This document shows positions 1 to 8,699 of a DNA stretch of 26,006 nt, piece after piece. The stretch is from Promethearchaeota archaeon. GTDB lineage: Archaea; Asgardarchaeota; Lokiarchaeia; Sigyniarchaeales; SOKP01. The stretch's first letter is position 1, and every line of letters starts with the position of its first letter. The notes below the pieces were generated by a model. The model made no database searches, was not told the DNA's origin, and was given only the letters and a program-made list of their open reading frames with translations. The position numbers were made by a program, and so were the translations under genes. The stretch lies in contig JBHLNS010000044.1 in the NCBI GenBank assembly GCA_048941285.1, positions 1 to 26,006 on the forward strand, written 5' to 3'.

Positions 1-623
1 AAAACCCTTATCTCATCAGCAATATCGTGTATTCTATCACAAAGTTGTTCAAGTAATACTATGCTGTCTCTTAATCGTAAAAGATTCCTTATATCTAAAT
101 CATCATTGGAATATAAATATTCAAGAAATTGCCTATATATTGTATCAATTTCATTTTCAAGTTCATGAATCATTGTTGTGTTCTGAAATACTACATCTGG
201 CTTATCTCTTAAGCTTTTAATTGTTGATTTTAATACGTCTGCCATTTCAATTGTTTTATTGATTAATTTTTCATATCTATTTGTTATCTCTGGGTAATCC
301 TTACCTTTTATTTTAATTTTGGGTAGCATGTCAACGAATTCTAAAGGATAATTCAGGACATTATCCATTTTAAGAATTAGGGATATAAAATTCCCTAAAC
401 CTGCTCCTGATTCTGAAAAGTTCTGAATTAGTTCAATTTTAATAGCATCAGCATCTTCTTCAGATAATAGCATTTTATTTTTCTTCTTTTCGAGTGATGC
501 TTTATTTTTTTCATAATCTTGAGACCATCTATTATAAAAAACGGCCATATCACTAAGAACCGAATAAATAATTCTTGAATGTTCTATAATCATTGATATG
601 ATTTCTTCTTTAATCTTATTCAT
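1..623 (-). CDS. DUF47 (PhoU-like phosphate transport regulator) family protein, C-terminus runs off the window
   Basis: Not in the ORF track. Manual translation from ATG at 623: MNKIKEEIISMIIEHSRIIYSVLSDMAVFY...SEEDADAIK...HELENEIDTIYRQF...LEQLCDRIHDIADEIRV. Two E-x3-D helical repeats; colinear with 13491-14126, so only about 4 codons are missing. Confidence 0.85.
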   Translation of the reverse strand, partial: MNKIKEEIISMIIEHSRIIYSVLSDMAVFYNRWSQDYEKNKASLEKKKNKMLLSEEDADAIKIELIQNFSESGAGLGNFISLILKMDNVLNYPLEFVDMLPKIKIKGKDYPEITNRYEKLINKTIEMADVLKSTIKSLRDKPDVVFQNTTMIHELENEIDTIYRQFLEYLYSNDDLDIRNLLRLRDSIVLLEQLCDRIHDIADEIRV

Positions 624-834
624 GAAAATTCCATTTAAATATTTAATTAACTCTTATAATTATAAAAAAATAGATCAATAAAAAATATAGTATTTAGAGA
701 AATTTTAATATATTCTTAATTTTATTTACAAGTAAATTCTAAAAGAGTTGAAAATATCTATTTAATAAAACGTTATTTGTGTTTCATACGGTTTTGACTT
801 ATTCACATTGATACTAAGGTGAAAGAAAAGTTTA

Positions 835-1497
835 ATGAAGATTAAGGAGAAATGGCAGCAATGGAAAGAATTTTCCAAAATGTCTGATTTAGGAATTATC
901 GCTAGAAGAAAGTTCTTTAACAATGCATTTGATGGCGCATTAACATGCGCAGGAATTATTAGTGGAATTTTTATAATATTCCTAGCTGAACCTTTCACAT
1001 TTGAAAGCCAAGATGTTCTAATAACTGGATTTGCGACAGCATTGGCAATAGGAATTAGTGGTTTATGGGGTGCATTTCTTTCTGAAGAAGCGGAACGGAA
1101 GAAAAAAGTGTTAGAGATGAAGAGGGACATGGCAGAGGTTGAGGAAGAACCCGAAATAATAGAATTGAAACACATAAAAAAAAACTATATGAAAGGAAAT
1201 AAAAAAAAACCTAGAACAATCCTAGAAAAAGCAGAAAAATTCGCAACAATTGTAGCTTCTTTAGTAGACGGTGCTGCTCCAGTTTTAGGAAGTTCGCTTC
1301 CTTTAATCCCTTTTTTCTTTGGGGGCTCTCTAACTATATTACATTTTATATTTTCTTATCTAATATTGGCTGGTTTGTTAATATACTTAGGGATATTTTT
1401 GGGACAAATTTCGGGAGGAGGCCGTTTAAGATATGCACTGCATTTAATAACCGCAGGTATTGTAACCCTAATTATTTCGATACTACTTGGTATCTAA
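835..1497 (+). CDS. VIT1/CCC1-like membrane protein (archaeal TIGR00267-like), paralogue 1
   Basis: RRKFFNNAFDG TM1 motif, GAFLSEEAE motif, charged cytosolic loop, PLIPFF followed by hydrophobic helices; AGGTGA SD upstream. Confidence 0.8.
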   Translation: MKIKEKWQQWKEFSKMSDLGIIARRKFFNNAFDGALTCAGIISGIFIIFLAEPFTFESQDVLITGFATALAIGISGLWGAFLSEEAERKKKVLEMKRDMAEVEEEPEIIELKHIKKNYMKGNKKKPRTILEKAEKFATIVASLVDGAAPVLGSSLPLIPFFFGGSLTILHFIFSYLILAGLLIYLGIFLGQISGGGRLRYALHLITAGIVTLIISILLGI

Positions 1498-1612
1498 AGT
1501 TATAAGGTGTGTCAAAATTTTGATTGATAATCATTTCACTATATATATTATAAAAATCTACTAGATTGAATAAAAAAATCTACTCTCTAGTATTGTTCAA
1601 ATAATAAATAAA

Positions 1613-2326
1613 ATGTTAGAAAAAATCAGAACATACGCGAAAATTACGAATTTATGGGCGATTGCTAGAAGATATTTTGTAAATAACTTTTATGATGGGA
1701 TGTTAACAGTTTTAGGTATATTATTAGGCTTTTTTGTAATAATTTTAAAGGAGGGTAGCCAAGCGATTGACAGTCACCTAGTTATTTTAACCGGGATGGG
1801 GAGTTCTATTTCAATGTTTATTTCAGGTTTAACTGGATCATATCTTTCAGAGAAAGCTGAACAAAAAAAAATTAAAGAGGAATTAAAGAAAGCAATGGTA
1901 ATAGATATAATTGAAGATGACATTGGCATTGAAGTGGATTCTGACGATATCGATGAGATTGAGAAAGCAATGTTGATTAAAATTAATCAAGACGTAGAAT
2001 CAAAAACTAGAATCAGGTTGAGAAAAAGAAAAAAAAAAATAAAAACTCTTCAACAAAAAGCTGAACATTTTGCTAGTCTAATTGTTTCGTGTGTAAACGG
2101 AGGATCTCCATTTTTAGGAGGTTTAATACCATTAATTCCTTTCTTTTTTGTTCCTTTTGCAAATTTACTTATTTTCATTTACTCCTTTTTTATAATCCTT
2201 GTATGTATAATTTTACTTGGAGTATTTTTAGGGATAGTTTCAAAAGAATCCATTATAAAAAATATTCTTCAGATGACATTTGCGTTTTTTATAACTATGG
2301 TAATTTCTATCTTTCTATTAGGTTAA
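1613..2326 (+). CDS. VIT1/CCC1-like membrane protein (archaeal TIGR00267-like), paralogue 2
   Basis: ARRYFVNNFYDG, SISMFISG, GSYLSEKAE, PLIPFF; same architecture as the upstream gene. Confidence 0.8.
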   Translation: MLEKIRTYAKITNLWAIARRYFVNNFYDGMLTVLGILLGFFVIILKEGSQAIDSHLVILTGMGSSISMFISGLTGSYLSEKAEQKKIKEELKKAMVIDIIEDDIGIEVDSDDIDEIEKAMLIKINQDVESKTRIRLRKRKKKIKTLQQKAEHFASLIVSCVNGGSPFLGGLIPLIPFFFVPFANLLIFIYSFFIILVCIILLGVFLGIVSKESIIKNILQMTFAFFITMVISIFLLG

Positions 2327-2395
2327 ATTATTATCATAAATTTTAATTTTTCAATTTCATTTCCCTATTTAACAATTAAATTGAAATGATAACCC

Positions 2396-3190
2396 ATGAA
2401 GACATTTGTAGGAATTGATATTGGTTCATTAGAGACTAAAGTTGTCTTATTGGAAAATAAAAAACTATTAGATTTTCGAGTTGGGCGATCAACATTTGAT
2501 TTTAAACGCGTTGGAAGTAATATGTTTAAGGAACTTTTAGATCAGCACAATTTGAAAAAGGATGATGTTTTCGTAATGAGTACAGGATATGGAAGAAATA
2601 CAGTGTCATTTGCAAATGATCGTATCACCGAAATCACAGCACATGCACGTGGAGTCCAATATTTCTTTCCAGATGCACATTCAGTTATAGATATTGGTGG
2701 TCAAGATAGTAAAGCAATTGTAATATCTAAAAAGACTAAAAATGTAATTGATTTCCAAATGAACGATAAGTGTGCAGCAGGAACAGGTCGTTTTATTGAA
2801 GTAATGGCTGGAGCTCTTGAGGTTCCTATCCACGAAATTGGAGGTCTAGCACTTAAATCTAAAAATCCTGCATCAATTAGTTCAACCTGCACCGTTTTTG
2901 CCGAATCTGAAGTTATTTCACTTTTTGCCAAAGGATCAAATAAGGAAGATATCGCCGCAGGAATTCATAAATCCATTGCGAAAAGGGTTGCTGGTATGGC
3001 TAAACGAATAGGTGTTGCTCCTCTTTTGGTTTTTTGTGGGGGTGTCGCTAAAAATGTAGCAGTTAAGAGTTTTTTGGAACAAGAGTTGGGGTTTGATATT
3101 GTTATTCCTGAACTTAACGGAACTAGTACTGCTCAACTGACGGGAGCAATTGGAGCTGCTCTAATTGCTCAGGATCAAAATAATAGTTGA
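2396..3190 (+). CDS. 2-hydroxyacyl-CoA dehydratase activator ATPase (HgdC/BadFG/BcrAD family)
   Basis: GIDIGS, STGYGR, ITEITAHARG, IDIGGQDSK, MNDKCAAGTGRF, SSTCTVFAESE, GGVAKN, GAIGAAL: ASKHA ATPase with the two Fe-S cysteines. Confidence 0.95.
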   Translation: MKTFVGIDIGSLETKVVLLENKKLLDFRVGRSTFDFKRVGSNMFKELLDQHNLKKDDVFVMSTGYGRNTVSFANDRITEITAHARGVQYFFPDAHSVIDIGGQDSKAIVISKKTKNVIDFQMNDKCAAGTGRFIEVMAGALEVPIHEIGGLALKSKNPASISSTCTVFAESEVISLFAKGSNKEDIAAGIHKSIAKRVAGMAKRIGVAPLLVFCGGVAKNVAVKSFLEQELGFDIVIPELNGTSTAQLTGAIGAALIAQDQNNS

Positions 3191-3296
3191 TTTCTTTTAT
3201 AACTTTTTTTGAAAATTTATGTTTTAGTTAATTATAAAAAATTTTATGAATAATTAAGTCTTTTTTGATAAATAATTCATAGTTTTAAAAATTAAA

Positions 3297-4427
3297 ATGG
3301 AGAACTTAGAGCTTTTATCTGATTACGCAACATTTTTAAGAGAAAAGAAAGAAGAAGGCAAAAAAATTGTAGCATTTATTTCTCATGATAATATTCCAGA
3401 AGAGTTATTAGATGCTGCAGGTTTTATCCCTTTAAGATTAATCTTTGCAGGTAATGATGATTTAATGGATGCTAGCCATGATTACTTACCTCCTTCAACT
3501 TGTGCATTTGCTCAATCGTGCATTGGATTATATTCTCTAAAACCAACCCAATTTAATTTCTTAGATTTAGTAGATTATATTATTGTTTCAAATCACTGTG
3601 TAAGCGATATATGTGCATCTGAAATTATTTCAAAATATTTTAACATTCCTCGTTTGAATTTTTATATATCATATACTAAAAATGCAAATAGTCTGAAATA
3701 TTTTAAATTAGAACTAATGAATTTAAAAGAGCAACTTGAAAAAATTAATGGAATTCAAATAAATACCAAAGATTTGATGAAAAGCATAAATAAATATAAC
3801 AATTTTAAAAAACTACTATCAGAATTAAATAATCTAAAGATAAAGGGCTCACAAAAGTTAAAGCATCTCCAGAAGGCAATGCTATTTGGACCCGAATATC
3901 TTGATGAATTGAAGATTTTTTTAGAAAATAAATCTAATACTCAATTCTCTAATAATGAAAAAGATATTTTACTTACGGGTTGTTCTATTTTTATAAATGA
4001 TTACTTGATTGATTTGATTGAGGATGGTGGAGGAAATATCATCTTTTTTGATACTTGGATAGGATTTAATTATTATTCGCAAATAATTGACAATAAAATC
4101 ATTAATTCTTCAAAAGATCCATTAGATCTATTAGTCAATCGATTTAAAAATAACATTTATACTGATCATTCAGTTCCAAACTTCTTAGAAGAAAAAGTCT
4201 CCCAAATAGAAGCATTTTATACTAATCATAAAAATAAAACGGGCAAAAAGCTTGCTATTATAAACCATATTATTAAATTTTGTGATCATATGTCAATTAT
4301 GGCTCCACATTTGAAAAAAGTATTGCAGGAGAGAGGAATTCCTTTGTTGAATTTAGAAAGGGACTATTCAAGAGCTAACAGAGGACAATTATCAACAAGA
4401 GTAGAAGCATTTTTAGAGATGATTTAA
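3297..4427 (+). CDS. 2-hydroxyacyl-CoA dehydratase family subunit (HgdAB/FldBC-type Fe-S protein)
   Basis: IPEELLDAAGFIP, YLPPSTCAF, NHC, ILLTG, IKFCD and the family C-terminus GQLSTRVEAFLEMI; follows the activator gene. Confidence 0.9.
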   Translation: MENLELLSDYATFLREKKEEGKKIVAFISHDNIPEELLDAAGFIPLRLIFAGNDDLMDASHDYLPPSTCAFAQSCIGLYSLKPTQFNFLDLVDYIIVSNHCVSDICASEIISKYFNIPRLNFYISYTKNANSLKYFKLELMNLKEQLEKINGIQINTKDLMKSINKYNNFKKLLSELNNLKIKGSQKLKHLQKAMLFGPEYLDELKIFLENKSNTQFSNNEKDILLTGCSIFINDYLIDLIEDGGGNIIFFDTWIGFNYYSQIIDNKIINSSKDPLDLLVNRFKNNIYTDHSVPNFLEEKVSQIEAFYTNHKNKTGKKLAIINHIIKFCDHMSIMAPHLKKVLQERGIPLLNLERDYSRANRGQLSTRVEAFLEMI

Positions 4428-4430
4428 AAA

Positions 4431-5792
4431 ATGAGTCTTATAGCTGATGATATAATTCGTTTTAGCTCCGTATTAAGGATTGCTTATAATCTATTAACAG
4501 GTAGAGATTATTTGAAAAGAAAGAAATTTCGAGAAAAAAAGAAATTAATTTCAGTAGCATTGCCTTTTTCTGATTTAGTTTATGGATTTCCCGATTTAGT
4601 TCCTGTGTTCCCAATAAGAATGCATCAGTTTGAAATGCACAAATATCTAACCTATTTGGGAAGTGCCTCAGGAATTTTTGGTTGGAAAAATGTATCAAAT
4701 TTTTTAGGGTTTATAAAAAACATTGGTATTGGAGATGTAAATGAAATTATCGATGAAATTATTGAAAATGTTATAGATACCGTAAATAAAAAGTATAATG
4801 AGATGTACGAACTAGGAATAGAAAGTGGAGTTCCAACAGATTTTTGCTATGGAATAAAATCTCTTTACGGAATGCATGTAAGTAAAGGAAAGAACGTTGA
4901 AGCTACAATAAATTATACGATTCGATGTAGTGCTTGGAATAAATATTTGGAATCATTGAAAACAATTGATAATCCTGCTAAACAGATTTGGCTTGATATT
5001 CCTCCAAGAAACATTGGAAATGCGGTAGAATTATTAACAGAGAATCTTTATGATGTCATCAGGGAATTAGAAAAAATTAGTGGAAATAATTATGATAAGA
5101 ATATTCTACATAATCATTTTCAAGTTGCTAACGATATAAGGAACTATTATAAAACTATACTCTATGAAATAAGCTCTTCTGGATTTTATCCTTGCAATCC
5201 CGCTACTTTTAGCGAAATATTAGTTATTCTCAACAATAGTTATCAGGACTATAATTCTAATGCCATTCGATACCGCGATAATATGGCATCTTTAGTAAAA
5301 GAAATGAAAGAAAGAATCAAAAATAAAATTGGAATGGATGTAAGTGGGATGCCCCGAATATTAATTACACCTATGTTTGGAGGATGGGAACCGAAAAGTC
5401 ATGAAATAATATATGAACTGGGAGGTCGGGCATTATATGCCGATTGGGATATGTTATTATTGCTAGAAGAGATACCAATAACGAAAATCTCAGATCCAAT
5501 TGAAGCTTATGCACATTATTTAATGAATGCAACAGTTAATGGAATTGGATGTGATAATGATGCTCTATCAGATTCTTATTTGAGGATAGCGAAAAAGTTA
5601 AATGCTGATGGTCTTGTGTTTATTCAGCTTTTTGGTTGTCATTCAATATCTAATTGCTTCACAATGTTAAAAGAAAAAGTTCGTCAAGAACTAGAAATTC
5701 CCTGCATAGCTTTAAATTTCAATAAAATTGGTGAAAATGTGGAGCAAGTGCGCACTAGACTAGGAGCATTTATGGAAATGTACAATGTTTAG
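4431..5792 (+). CDS. 2-hydroxyacyl-CoA dehydratase family subunit (second, divergent subunit)
   Basis: GVPTDFCYGIK, IRCSAW, LDIP, ADGLVFIQLFGCH, EQVRTRLGAFMEM; starts 3 nt after the previous stop. Confidence 0.85.
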   Translation: MSLIADDIIRFSSVLRIAYNLLTGRDYLKRKKFREKKKLISVALPFSDLVYGFPDLVPVFPIRMHQFEMHKYLTYLGSASGIFGWKNVSNFLGFIKNIGIGDVNEIIDEIIENVIDTVNKKYNEMYELGIESGVPTDFCYGIKSLYGMHVSKGKNVEATINYTIRCSAWNKYLESLKTIDNPAKQIWLDIPPRNIGNAVELLTENLYDVIRELEKISGNNYDKNILHNHFQVANDIRNYYKTILYEISSSGFYPCNPATFSEILVILNNSYQDYNSNAIRYRDNMASLVKEMKERIKNKIGMDVSGMPRILITPMFGGWEPKSHEIIYELGGRALYADWDMLLLLEEIPITKISDPIEAYAHYLMNATVNGIGCDNDALSDSYLRIAKKLNADGLVFIQLFGCHSISNCFTMLKEKVRQELEIPCIALNFNKIGENVEQVRTRLGAFMEMYNV

Positions 5793-5930
5793 AGGTTTAA
5801 ATTATATATTAATTAAAAAATCAAGTAAAAGTCTATATTTCTTACTTAAAATATTAAATTCTATAATTTTTTAATAATAATTTCTTTTTATATTACAAGA
5901 GAGTTATTAAATCAGAAAGAATGAGATTCT

Positions 5931-7394
5931 ATGTTATTCCATGAAAAGAATAAAGAAATTGATGCCGATCCTTATACGGAATACCAAGTACTATGTGGAA
6001 TCGAAGAGGAATTTCTTATTATAAATAAAAATGGGAGGTTAGCAAGGGTTGCAGATGATATAATGGTAAAATCTGCTGAAATTCTTGAAAAAGATCAAAA
6101 TTTTTTAAGTTCACTTCAAGTTAGAATACGAGGATTAGATGCGGAACCCTCACCTTCTCAAATAGAATATGTTACATTACCTTTACCCCCTAAGTCGCTG
6201 GAACAAGCTGTAAAAGAGGGAAGGAAACTATTAACTGAAGCTGCAAATCAAATTGGAGTTAAAATTCTTGCCCAAAGTCTTCATCCAATTCAAAGTGATC
6301 CACACCCTATCGCAGGTACTCATATCAACGTTTCCGTCCAAAAAAAAGGGAGTTTGATGATTCCTGAAGAAATTAAGGTAGTATATAATTATTTATGGGA
6401 TTATCTTCCAGAAATAATTGGAATTTCTGCAAATTCATATATATATAGAGGAAATTGGAATAATATTGCTAGTAATCGATGTGCCAATAGTACTGTTCTT
6501 AAATCAAATGGATTTGCATCAGTACATGTTCCAGAAAATCGTCCAGCTTTAGTTCCAATGCGGTATTATGGTCAAATGAGATATAAACTTAAAATAGGAT
6601 TTGAAAAAGATGAGTTTTCTAAAAAAGTAATCACAAACGAACGAGGAGATCGATTGGTAGATATAACACCAAGAGGACCGTTTACTAATATTAGTGATGA
6701 TAATGATGAGTTACCTTCGAGAAATCGTATAGAAGTCCGTATTGTTGATGTACAATATAATACTGAAGATTTAATGGACATGGCTTATCTTTGCTGTGTA
6801 TCGGCACTTCATGCGATTAATCTTCAAGCAACAGGGGAAATTGTTCAAGATCCATATCATTCGAATAATGTAGAAAATGCAATAGCAAATGGAACTAAAG
6901 CTATTTTTAAGAGAACAAATGGGAGTACAGAATCATTGGAAACTAGTATATCACGATGGATTAAAGAAACAAAGATATATCAAGATTATTTGGGAATTAA
7001 AATCAAGAATCTACCTGATATGAAACTTCGAATTGACCAATCTCAAAAAGAACTAAATATTGATTATAAAACAAGAAAAATTGAGAAATTGAGGCAACAA
7101 GGAAAAACTTATGTTCTTATGGAATTAGTAGAGCCAAGAATTGTCAGCGATCGAAGAGGAAATCGTTATAAGATAACTGGTGGTACCCAAGTTAGAGGTA
7201 CTTTAGAAGCAAGTTATAGTTTTTCTTATGAAGATATTAATGGAATGGTTACTAATTTCAATGGGATACAAGTTGTTAATAATCTTGTAGTGCAAAATCT
7301 TAAAATTCCTTTATATGAAAATGATCGCGTATTAAGAGGACAATCTGAATCTGAATCATTAGTTGATAGATTATTTGGAGATCTTTTCTTTTAA
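5931..7394 (+). CDS. Glutamate-cysteine ligase family 2 (GCS2/YbdK-like) carboxylate-amine ligase with C-terminal extension
   Basis: GIEEEF, QIE, LHP, GTHINVS, SANS, SNR, DITPR, RIEVRIVD match the ordered GCS2 motifs (GxEEE, GxHxH, SANSP, DxRP, ExRxxD). Confidence 0.8.
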   Translation: MLFHEKNKEIDADPYTEYQVLCGIEEEFLIINKNGRLARVADDIMVKSAEILEKDQNFLSSLQVRIRGLDAEPSPSQIEYVTLPLPPKSLEQAVKEGRKLLTEAANQIGVKILAQSLHPIQSDPHPIAGTHINVSVQKKGSLMIPEEIKVVYNYLWDYLPEIIGISANSYIYRGNWNNIASNRCANSTVLKSNGFASVHVPENRPALVPMRYYGQMRYKLKIGFEKDEFSKKVITNERGDRLVDITPRGPFTNISDDNDELPSRNRIEVRIVDVQYNTEDLMDMAYLCCVSALHAINLQATGEIVQDPYHSNNVENAIANGTKAIFKRTNGSTESLETSISRWIKETKIYQDYLGIKIKNLPDMKLRIDQSQKELNIDYKTRKIEKLRQQGKTYVLMELVEPRIVSDRRGNRYKITGGTQVRGTLEASYSFSYEDINGMVTNFNGIQVVNNLVVQNLKIPLYENDRVLRGQSESESLVDRLFGDLFF

Positions 7395-7420
7395 TTAAAA
7401 TCAACACATTTACTATAAAG

Positions 7421-7786
7421 ATGGAAAATAATAACCAAATATTTTTAAAGTGTGATAAACTCTTCGTCTATGGCACATTACAACATGGTCAAAGCCGAAA
7501 TTATATCCTTATAGGATTGGAATATGAAAAAGCGACTCTAGTAAATTATAGAAAAATAGAGCCCCCATCCTTAGGGTTTCCATTTATCATTAAAGATGAT
7601 AATTCTAGTGTCAAAGGAGAAGTATATTATGGTGTTGGAAAATCTCTCATTAATCAAATTGATATGATTGAAGGAGAAGGAAAATTATATCATAGAATTC
7701 TAATAAAAGTAAACCTAGAAGATGGAAGAGAAACAGAAGCTTATACATATTACCCCTCTGAAATTTTACTTAAAAATTACATATAA
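7421..7786 (+). CDS. Gamma-glutamylcyclotransferase (GGCT/AIG2-like)
   Basis: LFVYGTL, FP, VKGEVY, IDMIEG (catalytic Glu position), YHRI, AYTY. Confidence 0.92.
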   Translation: MENNNQIFLKCDKLFVYGTLQHGQSRNYILIGLEYEKATLVNYRKIEPPSLGFPFIIKDDNSSVKGEVYYGVGKSLINQIDMIEGEGKLYHRILIKVNLEDGRETEAYTYYPSEILLKNYI

Positions 7787-7794
7787 ATTAATGG

Positions 7795-8535
7795 ATGATG
7801 TTAATGAGTGAGGAAAATACGTTTGAAACCGAAAAAATTAGCAAGATATTACTTATAGATAATTATTCTCGAGGTCTTCCGACAGATAGAATAACAAGAA
7901 TAGAGACTATAATTAATACCTGTTTAGCAAAAGTAGAGTTAAATACTATCCATTTTACTCAATTTAAAGCAGAAATGGCAGAAGAATATATTGGTATTAT
8001 ACTTTCAGGATCTGAATTAAACGTTTCCAGTTTTTACTATAATGAGAGATTAAAAAAAAAGTTTGAGCCTCAATTTGCATTAATTACAGAAACTAATAAA
8101 ACACCTATTCTCGCTTTATGCTTTGGATTTCATTTGGCTGCTTATGCATACGGAGCACAAATAAGCAGGATGGGGCTCTATGGATTAGGAGGTAGGATTA
8201 TTTTTATTTTACTAAAAGAAACGGATGAATTAATAACTCAGAAAAACATTCCAGTTAATGTCCACCACCTTGATTTTGTATCCCCTAATGATTGTAAAAT
8301 TCAAGAAAATTTCAATGTTATCAGTATCTCCCGTACAATGGGGTATAGAATGATTCAATATATGAAACATAAAGAAAAGCCTATTTTTGCTCTTCAATTT
8401 CATCCAGAAACACATAATCCGTATTATTTTAATCCAAATTTATTCGATGATAGAATTACAGAAAAAACCAGGATGACTGGAGAAAGAATAATTGAAAACT
8501 TTATTTGGATGTGTTCTTATATTAAAAAAATCTAA
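7795..8535 (+). CDS. Class I glutamine amidotransferase-like protein (possible gamma-glutamyl hydrolase)
   Basis: LIDNY, IILSGS oxyanion loop, PILALCFGFH nucleophile elbow, QFHPE His-Glu; Cys-His-Glu triad intact. Confidence 0.9.
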   Translation: MMLMSEENTFETEKISKILLIDNYSRGLPTDRITRIETIINTCLAKVELNTIHFTQFKAEMAEEYIGIILSGSELNVSSFYYNERLKKKFEPQFALITETNKTPILALCFGFHLAAYAYGAQISRMGLYGLGGRIIFILLKETDELITQKNIPVNVHHLDFVSPNDCKIQENFNVISISRTMGYRMIQYMKHKEKPIFALQFHPETHNPYYFNPNLFDDRITEKTRMTGERIIENFIWMCSYIKKI

Positions 8536-8699
8536 ATCTCTTTTCTTATGAAAGTTTATCCATTATTTTAAAAATGCAATCGTCTGATTAGTATTAATAA
8601 TTAAAATCAAAATTTGAAAAAGAATGAATATGAATTTTAAAATATACAATTATTCAATCATTTCCTTATAATAGAAATTTAGTAAATTTTGTGATTTTT

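Noticed and set aside
762-1175. Shadow ORFs in the track (762-1175, 2089-2346, 2701-2931, 2936-3136, 4462-4698, 6572-6781, 8230-8415, 12362-12577, 13161-13355, 14327-14509, 14395-14580, 14983-15237, 19663-19845, 25018-25239)
   Set aside because: They overlap well-supported genes in antisense or alternative frames and show no recognisable motifs.
2021-2046. Long poly-A runs in coding regions (also near 1177-1209 and 9458-9469) as frameshift or phase-variation sites
   Set aside because: Frames stay intact and the runs encode Lys tracts typical of an AT-rich genome.
3188-3190. TGA stops (3188-3190, 9318-9320, 20632-20634) as possible selenocysteine codons, since Lokiarchaeia use Sec
   Set aside because: For the activator and USP the TGA falls at the family's normal C-terminus. 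None aligns with a conserved Cys, and I recognised no SECIS-like hairpin.
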